A DNA stretch of 64,000 nt. It comes from Mytilus californianus (taxonomy: Eukaryota). Below the pieces are notes generated by a model. That model was not told the origin of the DNA, did not search any database, and worked only from the letters and a program-made list of their open reading frames with translations. The translations under genes and the position numbers were made by a program. Below, piece after piece: positions 12,100 through 26,320 of this stretch (within the stretch, counting starts at the first letter, position 1; each line of letters starts with the position of its first letter). The stretch spans positions 24,118,001 to 24,182,000 of the forward strand of contig NW_026262615.1 in NCBI RefSeq assembly GCF_021869535.1. The letters are read 5' to 3'.

Positions 12100-15000
12100 T
12101 ATTTGACATGCTTTTTTTGTCGTTATCAGATTGGTGTCCCTTTTTCCTTTTGTCTCTTAATGTTTTAAAATATTCAATTTCCGTAGGTATTTATTTTTAG
12201 ACAGATTTTTTTGGCACTTTCAGAAATATCGAATTCAAAGTGTTAGTCAAAATTTGTCTCTGTTAAAGTTGGGATTGCATCATACTTTATTCAGCATCAT
12301 TTCAAACGTCCTCTTCTTCTGCAGTTAATCTTGTTTATTTATAATCGCCGATTTTTCCCCAGGTACGACAAAGGGATGTGCATATTTAAAAAAAAAAATA
12401 AACCAGTTCTTGTACTACTTCTTTAAATTTTAATAGATTCAACTTACATTAAAAAAAAGAATTTTGTAAATAATAATGATATATGTAAATAAGTGTGTAC
12501 ACCAATTCGTTATATAGATTGTAATTTGGAAGGTGTACTTGATTAGCAATTGATGACTCGTCTAATCTGCATATAAACATTGACCGCTGTGGATAGTAAA
12601 CTATCAATTTATAGTACATAGTAATTGGCTAAAAAATGTCCTGACCCAAAATATTTCTGATTAAAAGTGGATGAGAATGCCAATTTATATACTTGTTACA
12701 TTTTTTAACTATAATGCCACTTCAGTTTAGTTGTTTTAGTTGTTTTTGGATTAAGAAAACTCTTATTAATCCAATTAGAAGTGGATTCTAAAACTATCAC
12801 ATATTGATTGAGTAAGAAAAGAATTTGGAGTTTCAATTTTTGTCTCGCCTTAGAGGTATATATTTATATAAAAAGTTTAACTCTACGACTTATCCATGCA
12901 TAGTATCAACAGTGAAGGTGTTACACGGCTGAAAACACATTTTATATTCATAACTACTTTTAATATGTATAAATTCTTTATGTGCCTGTCCCATGTCAGG
13001 AGCCGGTGGTTCACTTGTTGTCGTTGGTTCATATCTGTTATATTTGTTTTTCGTAAATTGTCTTGTCTTAAATCAGGCCGGTAGTTTTCTCAATTGAATT
13101 GTTTCATATTTTTCAAGTTGGACCCTTTTATAGTCGACTATATGGTAAGGATTTTTCTCATTGATGAAGGCCGTACGGTTGCATATCATTGCTTAAATCC
13201 ACTTCATTTCTTATTGGCAATCATACCACATCTCCTTAATATTTTTTAACTAAATACGTTGAATATTCTCAGATAATTTAACATGTAAGAATCAGCATTC
13301 ATTACCTGGTGGTACTTTAAGATCGGTACTCTGTTTCTTTCATCATAAAAATGTAATTGTTTTGGGCTTAATTCAAATTTGATTAGTTGAGCTATTTCCA
13401 ACTGAATTTTACAGGTTTTTTTCTTACATTGTGCTGTTACACCAGAGTGTTGAGCGCTGATAAACGCGTTTAATCAAACCAAATTCTATATTGGCTTTCC
13501 CAAGTCAGGAGCTTTCAATTCAGTGGATGTCGTTGGTTACTTTCTGTCATTTTTGGGTTATTTTTACTCTTGTAAAAATATTTATTTTCGTTTGAACTGT
13601 TTACATTTTTCAAAGTCAATGCCTTATATACTAGTACTAGTATCTGATAATACGGTATGAGTATTTGCTTATTGTTGACAGCACGAGCCACTGTAGTCGT
13701 TATTCACGCCATTTAGACTCTGTTTGATAGTTTGACACTCCACACGGATCCAGGTATATACATGTCGGAGTGTAAGGAATAAATCGAAAAAAAATGCAGC
13801 CTAAGAATACTTATGCTTTTGAAGAGAAAATTGAAAATATTTGTTGAACGGAAAGACTGGCGGACAAACAGGACAGACAGGGTGATTGTAATATGAGTGC
13901 GAGTACAATATTTTGTCAGTGTATGTATCTTAGATGCCAGTGGTTAAGAAGTCTGGATCAAAACGGGGTAATCTTTACTTGTTAAAAACATTTTATACTT
14001 TTTAGAATAATAATTGCATGCCTACTGGATATTAATACAATAGCAAGTCACAAGGATAATGGAAGCTGTGAAACACCATTTTACAGTAAAAACTGAGCTT
14101 TTTGATACAAAGAAACAAGGAGAAAAATCAAATAAATTATGCAACAGCAAGTGTTGCTAGAATAATAATATATGCACATAAAGCATAAAATAAATGTAAT
14201 ATTTATCGCTGGATATAAGACATACATCAGTTTCATCATCATCATCATCAGAAGTATTAAAGCTTGAGGCTAAATCTTCGTCGTATGTATTATAGCTTGA
14301 GGCTAAATTCTTATCTGATATTTTAGCCAATTTATGGCGAGAACTTATTTTACGCATGCATCTCTTTGCTGCATAGGTTTTGTAAATGTCCATGTTAAGG
14401 CCAATAGAAATTATAGAAGTATGTTTATCAAATGATAATGTTTACTCATAGTTAAAACAGTAAGCAAGGGATTGACTCGTCCGATTTAAACGAAGCACAA
14501 ACAAAGCAATTTCTAGTATTTCCAAATAAACTACATGTGCCGATCTTAGATTATTCACAGCTACTGAACACATCTTAAAAACAATTACAACTAATAATCC
14601 AGTCTAGAATGTTAATCAATTATTTCGTACTGTTACACCACTTACTGTCCCAGGTAAGTGGGCTCATTGTTGAAGGCCGTACGGTGGCCTATAGTTGTTA
14701 ATGTCTGTGTCATTTGGTCTCTTGTGAAGAGTTTTCTTATTGCAAATCATACTACATCTTCTCTTTTGTACATATCACAAATTTAGTATAAAAAGTACAT
14801 AAACAGTCTAGAAAAGCAAGACCTTTTGTCATGTCAAAAGCACAGAGTGTCTGTAGGACCATTAGTGTTCATAACTGTATAGCAGGTTATATGTAGTTTC
14901 TATAAAATGTAATAATAATTTATCGGCAAAAGATCCATGATGATTTGTTAGTGGAATTATATATAACTAAATAAATAGATATTCATTATAAAAAGAAACA

Positions 15001-15220
15001 TCAGAAACAAGATTATTTGTCCATTAGATTGCACGCCAGTATCACATTTTCGTGTTAAGTGAGTTCTAAATCCAGGAAAAAATCCAATTCAGTATGTAGT
15101 CTTAAACTTTTAAATTTCAAGCGAGATGTCAAATGTTCAAACATTGTTGTTTTTAAAACGTATTTATCAAAGTCAAACGACTATCATTATATTTTTTTTG
15201 GTGCTATACAATTTTTGATT

Positions 15221-15421
15221 AAGGCTGGATCCAAGATATTTGAAAGAAGGCGTAGTTCCCAATAATTGACTTCATACTGCCGAGCGTAGCGATGCAAAAA
15301 AAAAAATTTGGACAATTTTATACTAAAAATGTATATAGATAACGTGGAAAACGTGAGATTTCAAAATTATTTTGGCGATCGAAAGGGTGAAGTACCCCCT
15401 CTACCCCTGTATCCCCGAATG
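15221..15421. mobile_element. Degenerate MITE with ggcggatcc-type TIRs
   Basis: ggctggatccaag ... cccctctacccctgtatcccc, with an internal gccgagcgtagcga. Confidence 0.45.
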
Positions 15422-17764
15422 CATGTTAGGTATACTAGTACATGGACAAAAAACTCGTCCCATGCATTATTATAGCTAAAGACGAAAAAGTACTATTTGA
15501 TAAATGTATAAATGATAGGAATTTCTGCCCACGTCAAATTATCTTGAATTAAATTATACAAAAATAGTTTAAAAAAAAAAATTAGTCGCATACACCTTTT
15601 TCATTCGGGTGTGTTGGATTCTACTTTTAAACGTTAAAACTTATAAAAGAAAAAAAGATAACCTTCTCGCTTCGGATTTCATACTTTTAATATTTTCATG
15701 CTTAATTTTTACTTGGTAGTTTTTAAAATTCATATTTTGAGAAGAACTGAAATATGGGTCAAGTGAAATGACTAGAAATGATGGGTACATTTGATTACAA
15801 GTTGCTAGCTTACTTATTCCATTAAAATATTTGTGTCAATAAAATCATTCAAAATTTAATAACAAAATATTTAAAGATTACAAAAAGTAGTTGGGGTTGG
15901 TTTTTATATTAAGTCTATATCAGCAAAAAATGCCTGTTCAAAGAGAAAAAAATACATGCAGTGTATGCTCCCCTCCGTAATGCTTCAATGCAATAGGATG
16001 AAATACGTCGAGTTAGGTCGGTTATGTCGAGTAAAGTCATTTTATTGGAAATCTTTAATAGAACTTTAGCAATCTTGTTTTATAAATTTATGTAAAACCT
16101 TTTTTTTATCTTTGATTCAGCATTTAATAATACATAATTTTTTGAGAGTTTCGTTCCAAAGTAACCTATAATAAGCTTTGAGAGAAAATATACGTTTTTT
16201 GCCAGACAAATATAGTCTGATAAAATAGAATTATGACAAAATGTACACATTCGACGGACACTTTATAATTCATACTAGAATGCTTATACATATTAAACCT
16301 AGCTTAGGAATCAATACCTACAAGTTTAACACTTTAAAAATGTTATACACATTAGTTTTGATTAAATGTTCTTTACCTTTAATGTACCATTTCACACTTA
16401 TTATATTGAATATAGGCAAGACATTATGACCTCAATAATCTTTTGTAAAATATTCTTATCAAGATAACATAAACTTATTAAGGAAACTTAGTCATTCTAC
16501 ACAGTAGCATCGGTCTTTTTTCTATATCATTTGAATAAAAGGAGTTGTGGGTTGTACTTTGATGTGAAATCAACATAACGACAAACTTCTTTATTCAAAA
16601 AGAAAAAGGGATTCCTAACTCCTCCTCATTATCTATCCAATCATCTCAAAACTTTGCAAAAGTTGTTCTTGAAAAACGAATAGTGATAGGAGCAATGCAT
16701 ATTTGATTTAAGAACAAGTTAATGCAATGTGGATAATCTTTAAATTGCTGTATTTTGTTACAGAAATGTTTTGTTAAATTCAGTGGAGAGATTTGCCACC
16801 GAAGTCCGATCTTCTTTCTTACGGACGTCTATTACACAAAACTTATTAGGATTTATGTCTGTACTTTCAACTAGGATATTGTTATGTTAAAAGGACTTCA
16901 GCTTGAAGATAGGGACAACGCCAATCACCAACCTATTTTTGTAAGGAGATTTACAACCGTACTGATGTCAGATGTCAAGTGCAATTTCGCGATGTCCATC
17001 GAGAAAAGTTTCATTAGAAATTGGTCGTTGTGAAACAGAAAATGAAAGGCAATTTATAAAAGATATATTTGCTTTTAAATCATGATATTTTCCATAGATT
17101 TGTTGAATTTCCTCGTAGCGATACAATACAATAATTCATGTGGAGATGTTCTGATTATGAATATAATCTTCGAAAATTAGTGCGTATACAAGGCACTTTT
17201 GCAGGCACAAAAAATAGCAAGAATCTCACATATCATATTGGCAGCGTTTCTGATTAATATTGGCTGATTTGTATTGTTTAAGACACTATCGATTAGTTGT
17301 TGGATTTTTTACTCGATCTTTGTAAAAAAACAAGGGAAACAGTTTTTTTAGTTACAACATGAAATTGATATCAATTAAAGAATTAATAGATGTGCTTATA
17401 GAAATTTGCTTAGGTCCCTTTTTGAACAAAAACAATTCTCCAATTAAATATCTCCTAAATAGTAGTATTTTCGTATACTTGCAGCCCCGAAATCGCGAAA
17501 TTTTACATCGGCGAAAGACAACACAATATACGGTATTTAACTATAAATAAAAAATGCAAGACCTCGATTTGAAAGAATACTTTCAAACCCTCTGACATGT
17601 GACTGTTCCCACACTCCGTATGTTCGAATCTCTCCACTGGTTTTTAATTTTATTTCTTCCGCCTAATTTTATTCTTTGGCTGTATAGATGTTTCAAAAGA
17701 TGTCGCTTAAATGTTTTGTATATGATTTTGTAAAGTGTATACGCGATTGAAACTGACCTTGTTG

Positions 17765-18755
17765 AACCCAACACCTTTCTTTGTGAGAGTTATCTCTCCG
17801 AACACTGTTTTTCTTGTTATGACTTCTTTTCCCATCGGTCAAAGAAATTTACTTTTCCAAATAACAAGTTATTTCCTCTGAATGTTACATTTAATTTTGA
17901 CCGAAACGTTTCGAAGACTCCATATGAGAATTTTTCCTCTTTATCTAACATAAGTGAAAAGTTATAGTAACTCATAAACCATAAGTCATAGACACATAGG
18001 AAAATTAGGTCAAGGTCAAAGGTCAAGGTCATGTTATTAATTTTGATTTTGATTTGTTATCACTTATTATCAGAAACCATATAAGATATCGACAAAATAT
18101 TTTTTACAGAATTGTAAGTTGCGACATGTCGTTACACATAAATTTTGGTTAAAAGGGTACGTTGATATTTACTGGGAGTTTTCTCCCCTGTTATCTTTAA
18201 AATAAGCTGTATGGTTAGAAAACGCATTAACCATATATAGTAGAGACCTAGAGTCTTTTGATTTGATGTCCTTGTTCAATGAACTTGAAATTGGGGTCAA
18301 GGTCAAAGTTTGATTTGATGTTCTACATTTCGACTTTTGCTCTAACTTTTTATTAGATCAAGATAAAGTCAAAAGGTCTTTCAAATTTGGTTACAGATAT
18401 ATGACCTTGAAGAAATTCAACCGGAGGTTACCTTTTGTAAACTGGAAGTGTCCATTTTTGCAATATTTTCAATTCTCTATAATTTACTAGAACTTTGTAT
18501 TTTTTTATGAGTGTAAAGTACCGTAAGGTTCAAATGTAACCGGAAGTAGAATTTGTAAACCGGAAGTACCTACTTATATCCCTTATTTTTAGCAATAGTA
18601 TATGTAAACCATATATTTTCGGAATCAGCATAAAATAAGCTAATATTTTACCCCGGAATTGACGTTTGAAACCAAAATTGAATATTTTCCTATTAAGATA
18701 TGTCTTTTTGGGGTGGACAGACCTTCAATTGTTCTCTGAACAATCGGTTTTTAAT
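17765..18755. mobile_element. Non-autonomous repeat with ggtcaaggtcaaaggtca and accggaagt motifs
   Basis: ggtcaaggtca motifs recur (18007-18030, 18294-18306) and are shared with the HINE core at 26160. The terminal stem is caattgttctctgaacaatcg. Confidence 0.5.
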
Positions 18756-18957
18756 TTTATCTATTCATGTTGTATATCTTTGACGTTTGTATGTTTGCAA
18801 AATCCAAATTTTCGTCGAATTAATCCATAATGCCTGTTTTGGATTGCTTGCACTATATAATGGAACTTTATTAACCAACTTACTACAATATGTATAGAAA
18901 TGCCCATGCTTTATAAAAGGAAAATTTCGACAACTGGTCATTATGAACGGAGAAATT

Positions 18958-19040
18958 GCTACAGCCATGCATTACGAAATCTCAGTCATGCATTACGACA
19001 TCACACCCGTGTATTACGAAATCACAGCCATGCATTATGA
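18958..19040 (+). repeat. 21-bp minisatellite x~3.5
   Basis: Unit acagccatgcattacgaaatc. Confidence 0.8.
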
Positions 19041-19656
19041 ACAGATGAAACGGGACATCGATTAAATCAAAATGTCGTTTATTTCTTCAAATAGGTGACA
19101 AACTTTTTAAAAAATTTTTTTAACTTAAATAATATCATAAAAAAAAGTTTAAATAATGTTTGAACAGTGTTTTTTAACGACTTGAAACGGAAATATTACA
19201 CAGCCTTTTTCGAGTACGACTTCCGATTATTATCACTGTTTCATTTCCGTTGATCATTATCAGAACGCAGACTACTCAGAGTAAGAATAGTTAAACTGTC
19301 TGATTTATTCTTCCCAGCTACTTTATATTTGCTAGATGAAATGAATTGTAATAGCATAAAATAAAGTACTTGGATGAGAAATCAGAAATTACATCTGACA
19401 ATGTTGATTAAAAATCCATCGTGAATGCGAAAAGACAAGTTCAGATCTATGAATTCCTGTATCTTCTTCACGGTAAGATTCTTACTCTTTGTTTAATCGA
19501 AGAATTAAAACCATTTACGGTAATAAAAGTGTTATGAACTGGCTTTTTTTTTTGTATTGGTCCTGTTATAGATTCGTGGTTAGCTGTATTTGGATCCGAG
19601 ACTCGAAGACTGTTCTTGAATGAAGTTGCCTTAGTTGGTTAATAAAAGTATCAATA

Positions 19657-19816
19657 TATGGACTTTTTCATATTGGCCCTGTAACATGCCCTTGGTATTA
19701 ATAATAGCCTCGGACAGTTGTAATGGCCCTCGGCGCTGCCTCGGGGCCATTACAACCATCCTTGGCCATTATTAATACCTTGGGCATGTTACCGGGCCAA
19801 TATGAAAAAGTCCATA
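19657..19816. repeat. Long imperfect palindrome (hairpin element)
   Basis: Arms of ~78 bp, tatggactttttcatattggccc... / ...gggccaatatgaaaaagtccata, with a ggcgctgcc tip. Confidence 0.9.
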
Positions 19817-22800
19817 CATTAAGAGCAATTCTCTGTAATCACCAAAATATTTCGGCACGCACTAAAAAATATTTGTTTTAAACTTTATTAGTTCAATAGA
19901 GCCACATGAGCTTAACAAAAAATATTATTACACTTAGCCCCATATGTTTACCGTTTCCTTGGTAACAGGACTTAAAGTGGCAAGAAAGAGGGAAAATGCA
20001 GTGTTTACAAATTATCATCAATTATGTCTAATAAAAAGAAAATAATATAGATATTCAGACATTTAAAACTTTTTTCAGTTTAAAAAAAACAAATAAAAAT
20101 TGTGTTCAACAGTAAACTTTCTTAAAAAAAATCTATATAGCTAAAATAGGGTAAAAAGTGCAATAAAAGGGGGGTTTTAGAGCCTATTTTGATCAGGTGT
20201 TGTAAAAAAATGCAGCCATTTCTTATATTGTTGATTATATGAATAGAGAGAATGGATTAAGGTTATACAAGAAAAGAAAAAAAATCAGTGGGCAAACTTC
20301 ACTGTGTTGAAATTAATTGACCCTGAAAAGTTGAGTTGTCCTGTAGTTACCTAATCAAATTACCTCCCTTTACGGAGTTCTCTTGTAGAGAAACAAATTA
20401 AAAACAGGAGGGAAAATGTAAACAATTGCAGACAACAATGTTATTTTGCGAATTTCTTCATGTTTTATATTCAAGCATAATGGGAAATGGATAAATTTTT
20501 CACAGTGATGTTAGCCTACACTTATATATATGGTTAAGTTGGTGTGATTTGCTCATATTTTGAAAATATTGTCAGAACAATGGAACTGTGTCTGTACTAA
20601 TTAAGACAGTGTATTTTATAGTTTATTTTGCTTACCGTAACTAACTTTTTTAATGTATTTATTTATATAATCTTCGAATAATTGTTATAAAATGTGTAGC
20701 ATAAAAGATTTCGTAGACAATTGTGACAACTGCAGTGACGACAGGTATTTTTGAAAATGCTTCCATTGGAAAAAGAGACATGTAAAAATTTTTGTCAGAA
20801 ATTTCTTTACTTAAATCTGACATTACATTGTACGTCACAACTGAGGATCTGTGATATTCATAGAAATATTATCATCGAAACAACTAACAAGAGATATAGA
20901 AGGAAAGATTGTGGTGTGCCTTCAGTAAATGTCATTTTGAAATATCATAATACTACAAAAGCAGTGGATCGACATGTTACACCCGAGATGTTTCAAAGAA
21001 TTGTTACAAAGACAGGCATTTTCATTGCTATTGGAACATGTAAGTAGATACTATTTACCTAATACCATTTTTCTTTAAAAAAGATACAGTGATAAACCTC
21101 TTATAAAAAAGAAATCAAATGCAGCTGTCAGGTACCCCCCCCCCCCCCCCCCCCCCAAAAAAAAACAAACAAAAAAAACCTTAGGGTTAATATTATCTAC
21201 CATTTGGCTATGAACCTTAAGCTTATTGTTTTTAGCATGTGACAGCCATATGAACTTCTTTAATACCCCCTTTTTAAACTATAAAACATAAAATTATGTG
21301 AAGTTCTTTGAATCTTGTTTTTGAGAGACAAAAATTATAACATGAATGCTGTTTCATGTTTCCTTTCCTTTACCAGATTTGTAAGGTTTTGTACATGATA
21401 ATCACATCATTTCATACCGGTCCTTATGAAATAAAAAATGTTGCAGCAACAATGCTGCAATGTTGCGGCTGCTGATCAGGTTGCCAGAAAATTGATGCCG
21501 GATAAGTGCTGAATGATGCCGCTAGCATCATTCTGGCAACAGTGCAGCGCTATTTCCTTTCATGACAAAAAGCGCCACAATGTTGCCATAAAGCACACAT
21601 ATAATTTTCTCATTCTTAATCTACTAAAATGATGCCAGAATAGAGCCAGAAAATTGATAATGTCATTGATGATGTCACCAGTGTTTGAGCTTTTTACTGT
21701 GGTCATGGTGGTGTGTTAGAAGTGGACCATATGTTGCTTGAGCTTATGATTTTAGTGAAGAATTGGGTGTTCTGTTATTGAGAAGACTTGTATGTAAACT
21801 TAGATTAACATGATTAATTAAATGCATAATATAAAAGTTCAATCTCTCATTTAATTAAATCAAGGAAATTGTCTTCTTCCTGATAGACCTGGAGAGCATT
21901 TTCAAAAAATCCTAATTAACAGGGACGAACTATCATCTAATGGGGCGAATTGGTACCTTCTGAAACATAAGTCATGGTTTCTCTTCCCTTTCTCAATTTA
22001 ACCCTTGCTAAAATTTTACAGAGCATGCTGAAAGAAGTTTGGTCAATTATGTCTTTGTAACCCTCAAAAGACGGCTTGAAAGTGCTATTTGTTTGGAAAA
22101 AAATGTAGTATAATCACGAATTTAGATTGCTAATCAGACAAAACACAACACCTTTGACTGAAGTGAAGGGGCTCCTGTTGGGATCATGGAAATTATGTTG
22201 GTGTTATTGAAGGTATAGATGTTGCATGTTGACAGTTCATGAGTTACACATTTTAACTTTCCTTTTCCTCAATGTGGGAAAAGTAAGTACATTACATATA
22301 GGAATAACTTCTGAGGACAGAACTTTACTTTCTTTAAAAGAAAAAAGTTATAATAATAACCCTGAGCACACAAAAAAATCATAACGTTAAATTAAGGAGT
22401 TAAAACTTTTTCTCTGGTATACTTAGCACTAAACTTACCTGGTCAGACGTTACTTTACCTTTTTAGTCAATAATTAAAGGAAGCCAGAATTTAAAGGCAT
22501 TAGTGGCGCAATAGTGCCAGAAAACTAATTTGCATACAAAATAAAAAACAATATCTGCATTGAAGCCACAACATGTTGCGGCAACGAAGCCACAGCATTT
22601 TCTGGCACCAGTGCCAGAAAACTAATTTGCATATGAAATACACTAATGCAGCATCATTGCCACAACATGTTGGTGCAATGAAGCCGCAACATAGCCCTAA
22701 TGTTGTCACAACTACATGTATGCGCCAGAAGGCTTATATTCCGATAAGGGCGCGGACAGCCTTCTTTTACTCATGTTTACTTGAGATACATGTATGTTTT

Positions 22801-22834
22801 AAAATTCATGTTTTTATGTACATACATGTACATG

Positions 22835-22950
22835 TATATGACCCAACAAAAAAGTATGTGGGTTTACTGTACACCTACCTACCCTAATTTCAGTATATGA
22901 CCCAACAAAAAAGTATGTGGGTTTACTGTACCCCTACTTACCCTAATTTG
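22835..22950 (+). repeat. ~59-bp tandem duplication inside a cctacctaccc-motif MITE remnant (~22720-23115)
   Basis: tatatgacccaacaaaaaagtatgtgggtttactgtac occurs twice; the element ends ttttgtttggcctaa. Confidence 0.75.
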
Positions 22951-23819
22951 TGTCCCCTACCCTAAAGTGTTTTTGACTATTTTTGATTAAGTACTGTTAA
23001 AGTCACAATGTTGCTCCCATAAACTCAATGTAAAAAAAAAAAAAAAAATCCCTACCTACCTACCTTTTTTTTTTCAGCAAGTGACAGTAAACACACATAT
23101 TTTTTTGTTTGGCCTAAATAGTTTTGATAGTGATACACAGAATGAGATCAATTGTGTATCTATTTTCTTTTATATTACAGCAATTTGTAGACTGTGTAGA
23201 GAAAAACTATTTGGAAATAACAGTATTGAGCATGTTGAGGAGGTATGTCTTTTCATATACATGTATAAATATGATTCCCTGTACACATGTATACTCAATA
23301 GTCAATAGTGAGTTTATTATGTCATGTATGTATGGGATCCATATTGTAACTACATGTCAAACTGCATATGTACTCAGTTTTAAAATGACAAGAATAAGAA
23401 GATCTTTCAATTCAGAAATAACATTAAACTTTAAAGTTCCAACTTCATATTCACTAAGCTTTTGCACATTTTATTTGGTAAACTAGTTTCATCATTAAGC
23501 ATTAGTAAAAAATCTATTAAAATAAAAACCAAGATTTTAATTGATCTAATTTACATGTACACTTAGGGCCAATAGGGGTTAAACTATGCATTCATGCATG
23601 CATAATTGAGGGTAAATTAAGGGTAAATTTCTAAATCATTTGTGTATAAAACATACCTCAACTGAACCCTAACCCATTCATATACTACTAAACCCTCTAA
23701 GATAGGTTGGTTTTTGCTTCAATATTATCATGTGTATTCCAGAATTCATTATTGTTCCAATTTCAATTAGTACCTTGTTTAAAATATTCTTAAAAAGTTT
23801 TTCTTTTCTTTTAATTTAG

Positions 23820-23891
23820 GAGAACACTATTGAGACAAATACAAAGAACAAGATTGCAGAAGCTGAAATACTACCACCTTAAAGAAAGAGG
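23820..23891 (+). other. Candidate 72-nt internal exon of an unidentified transcript
   Basis: Strong pyrimidine tract tttcttttcttttaatttag and donor gg/gtaggt. One frame is open (RTLLRQIQRTRLQKLKYYHLKER). Confidence 0.3.
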
Positions 23892-24013
23892 GTAGGTATA
23901 ACTGTATATAAAATAGTATCATTGCATACACTTTATAAGAAGTCTCATAAACTTGACTTTATAAGATATCTTGTAAAAGTATTTATGATATCTTGTATAA
24001 TATCAGATTATTA

Positions 24014-24136
24014 CATGGCATTTTTCATATCGCATGTATTATCAGCCCTTGGTTTAATATCAGCCCAAGAGCCGCATGGCTTGAGGGCTGATATTGGCCG
24101 AGGGCTAATAATACATGTGATATGAAAAATGACATG
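24014..24136. repeat. Long imperfect palindrome
   Basis: catggcatttttcatatcgcatgtattatcagccc... / ...gggctaataatacatgtgatatgaaaaatgacatg. Confidence 0.85.
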
Positions 24137-24244
24137 CTATGATCTTTTTATCATATGCTTCAACAATGGAGAAAAATAACAGATTAATATATTGATCTTT
24201 TTACGTGGTTCTTAAATAGCAGTTCAAAGAGTGAAATATTATAA

Positions 24245-24384
24245 GTTATATAGTGTGCTAGTGACCTAATACGGTATATATGGGGTCAGTAAATTCCATA
24301 TGGGGTGAGAGCAAAGCTCGAATCCCCATATGGAATTTACTGACCCCATATATACCGTATTACGTCACTAGCACACTATGTAAC
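24245..24384. repeat. Near-perfect palindrome with 61-bp arms
   Basis: 59 of 61 positions pair; the loop is tgagagcaaagctcgaat. Confidence 0.95.
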
Positions 24385-24627
24385 GAATTTATCTTACCGA
24401 CTATCTTAATGTGTGAAATTTAGACTAGTGACCTATCAAAATGAGCACTGAAGTCTTCAATACTTTTAGCATTAAGAAACTTCTCTCATTGATCCTACAG
24501 AAACAGCTGCCAACAATAACAACTTGTTAGCTTTAAATGTGTTTTATGAATTCATTTCAATCTTAATAATCAATTTCTTCGTCTGTTGAAATCTTTAAGA
24601 TGTTTTTCTCAGTACCGTTTTGTTTTT

Positions 24628-24845
24628 ATAAAGGGACGCAACACTACTACTAACTGTGTATGAAATAAGCCCCGCCTCCTTTCTAACCTTATATGGAATA
24701 TAAAGGGGACGTAACTCCACTACTAACTGTGTATGAAATAAGGCCCGCCTACCTTCTAACCTTATATGGAATATAAAGGGACGTAACTCCACTAATAACC
24801 GTGTATGAAATAAGCCCCGCCTCCTTACTAACCTAATATGAAATA
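24628..24845 (+). repeat. ~72-bp tandem repeat x3
   Basis: The unit tataaagggacgtaactccactactaactgtgtatgaaataagccccgcctcc... starts at 24628, 24699 and 24772. Confidence 0.92.
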
Positions 24846-25557
24846 TACACAGTCTCGCCGCGGACGCTTTAAACCAATCATATTCCTAGAAATGTATAGG
24901 AGGTAAGATAATCACGGATGTCAGACCCGAAATGTTGTACAATCGATATGAAATCTTTCTATCATATGCCTCAACAATGAAGAAAAAAAACCAGTATTTT
25001 ATATTTTAATACGGACGATAAAAAAATAATTCAACAATATACATAATAAACACTGTTTGGAAAAGTCAACATTTTTAAAGTAACTTTCTAAATTATGTTA
25101 AAAATGCATTTATTTTATCATTTGTTTATTGTTTGTTTTTTTTTCCATTTTACACAATATACTTTCCAGTATACAAATAATTGTTTTGTACCCTACTTTG
25201 TAATGTTTTTCACTGAAAACGTACCATTGAGGTGTATTTTCCAGAATTTGCCGAGTATTACCAGAATGCCATGATATAACGTTACGGAAAGGCATGTGAT
25301 AAAAGTCGAAGCATGTGATAAACTTTTCATATCAGACCGCTAAGCACCAATTCGAAAAAATATGGAATATACGTAAATGTAATGCTATTATCATATGGTA
25401 AAAATCATATGTTATTTAGTCTAAGTATATGATAATATATTTTATATCTTTCATGAGATATCTTATAAAGAAGTTTATAAAGATATCTCATAAACCTTAG
25501 AAGATATAAGATTTTCAAGATATCCAATTAGGAGCTTACTGTATTGAATTTGCAGTT

Positions 25558-25670
25558 TTGGAGCCATCAATCATGGATTTGATGGTCGCAAATTGAGTTT
25601 ACTAGCGACACGTTAGCGGAGCCAGTAAACGGATATTTGCGACCATCAAATCATAGATTGATGGCTCCAA
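25558..25670. repeat. Long imperfect palindrome
   Basis: ttggagccatcaatcatggatttgatggtcgcaaat ... atttgcgaccatcaaatcatagattgatggctccaa. Confidence 0.9.
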
Positions 25671-25824
25671 ATCTTCAGATTGATATATACCCTGAAAATT
25701 ACGACTTTATCCAATGAAATTTGACGTACGTACGTTACAACGAATGTTGCATTAGAATGAATGTTATAGGACATCTGATATAATTTATAAGATATCTTAT
25801 AAAACAATTTTGTTAGATCTCTTA

Positions 25825-26233
25825 TTGTCTCCCACCGGAGGGGACATAGAAATACCGGTGTCCGTCCGTCCGTCCGTCCATAATCAGTTTCTGGACCGTA
25901 ACTTTTGAACACCTTCATATAATTTTTTCAAACTTACACAGTTGAATGTTTATTAGGTAAGAAAGATCCGTATTGATTTTGATGTTTATAGGTCAAAGGT
26001 TGAGGTCACAGATACTTAATGATGTTGAATTTTCAGCTGACAATCGGTTTCTGGACTGTTACTTTTGAACACCTTCATATTATTTCTTCAAACTTACACA
26101 GTTGAATGTTATTAGGTAAGGAAGATCCCTATTGATTTTGATGTTTCTAGTCATTCAAAGGTCAAGGTCACAAGTGCTTTATGGAAATATTATATTTTAG
26201 CACCAGTGGGGAACCCCGGAGCCTCCTCTTGTT
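25825..26233 (+). mobile_element. Helentron-associated interspersed element (HINE/DINE-1-like)
   Basis: Starts with TT, then a caccgg..ccggtg inverted repeat, (GTCC)5, two ~160-bp core repeats (25883 and 26043), a 3' stem-loop (ggggaacccc) and a tcttgtt end. Confidence 0.85.
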
Positions 26234-26320
26234 TAGTTTATAAGATATCTTATTTATTTTATAAGATATCTCATGAATTAGATATAAGATATTTCACTAA
26301 CTTTATTTGATATCTTATCC

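Larger units (their letters stand above)
1..17460 (+). repeat. Segmental duplication, copy A (left end runs off the window)
   Basis: Position 1 (ttggttgtatgggataaag) aligns with 30293 (ttggttgtataggataaag). Colinear homology continues to ~11650, and 16110-17460 aligns with ~46420-48260. Confidence 0.97.

Noticed and set aside
20751-21047. 98-aa ORF ending at a gtaagt donor
   Set aside because: No recognisable domain and no compatible neighbouring exons were identified.
24628-24845. Tandem units as a CRISPR-like array
   Set aside because: These are contiguous repeats without unique spacers, in a eukaryotic context with no cas genes.
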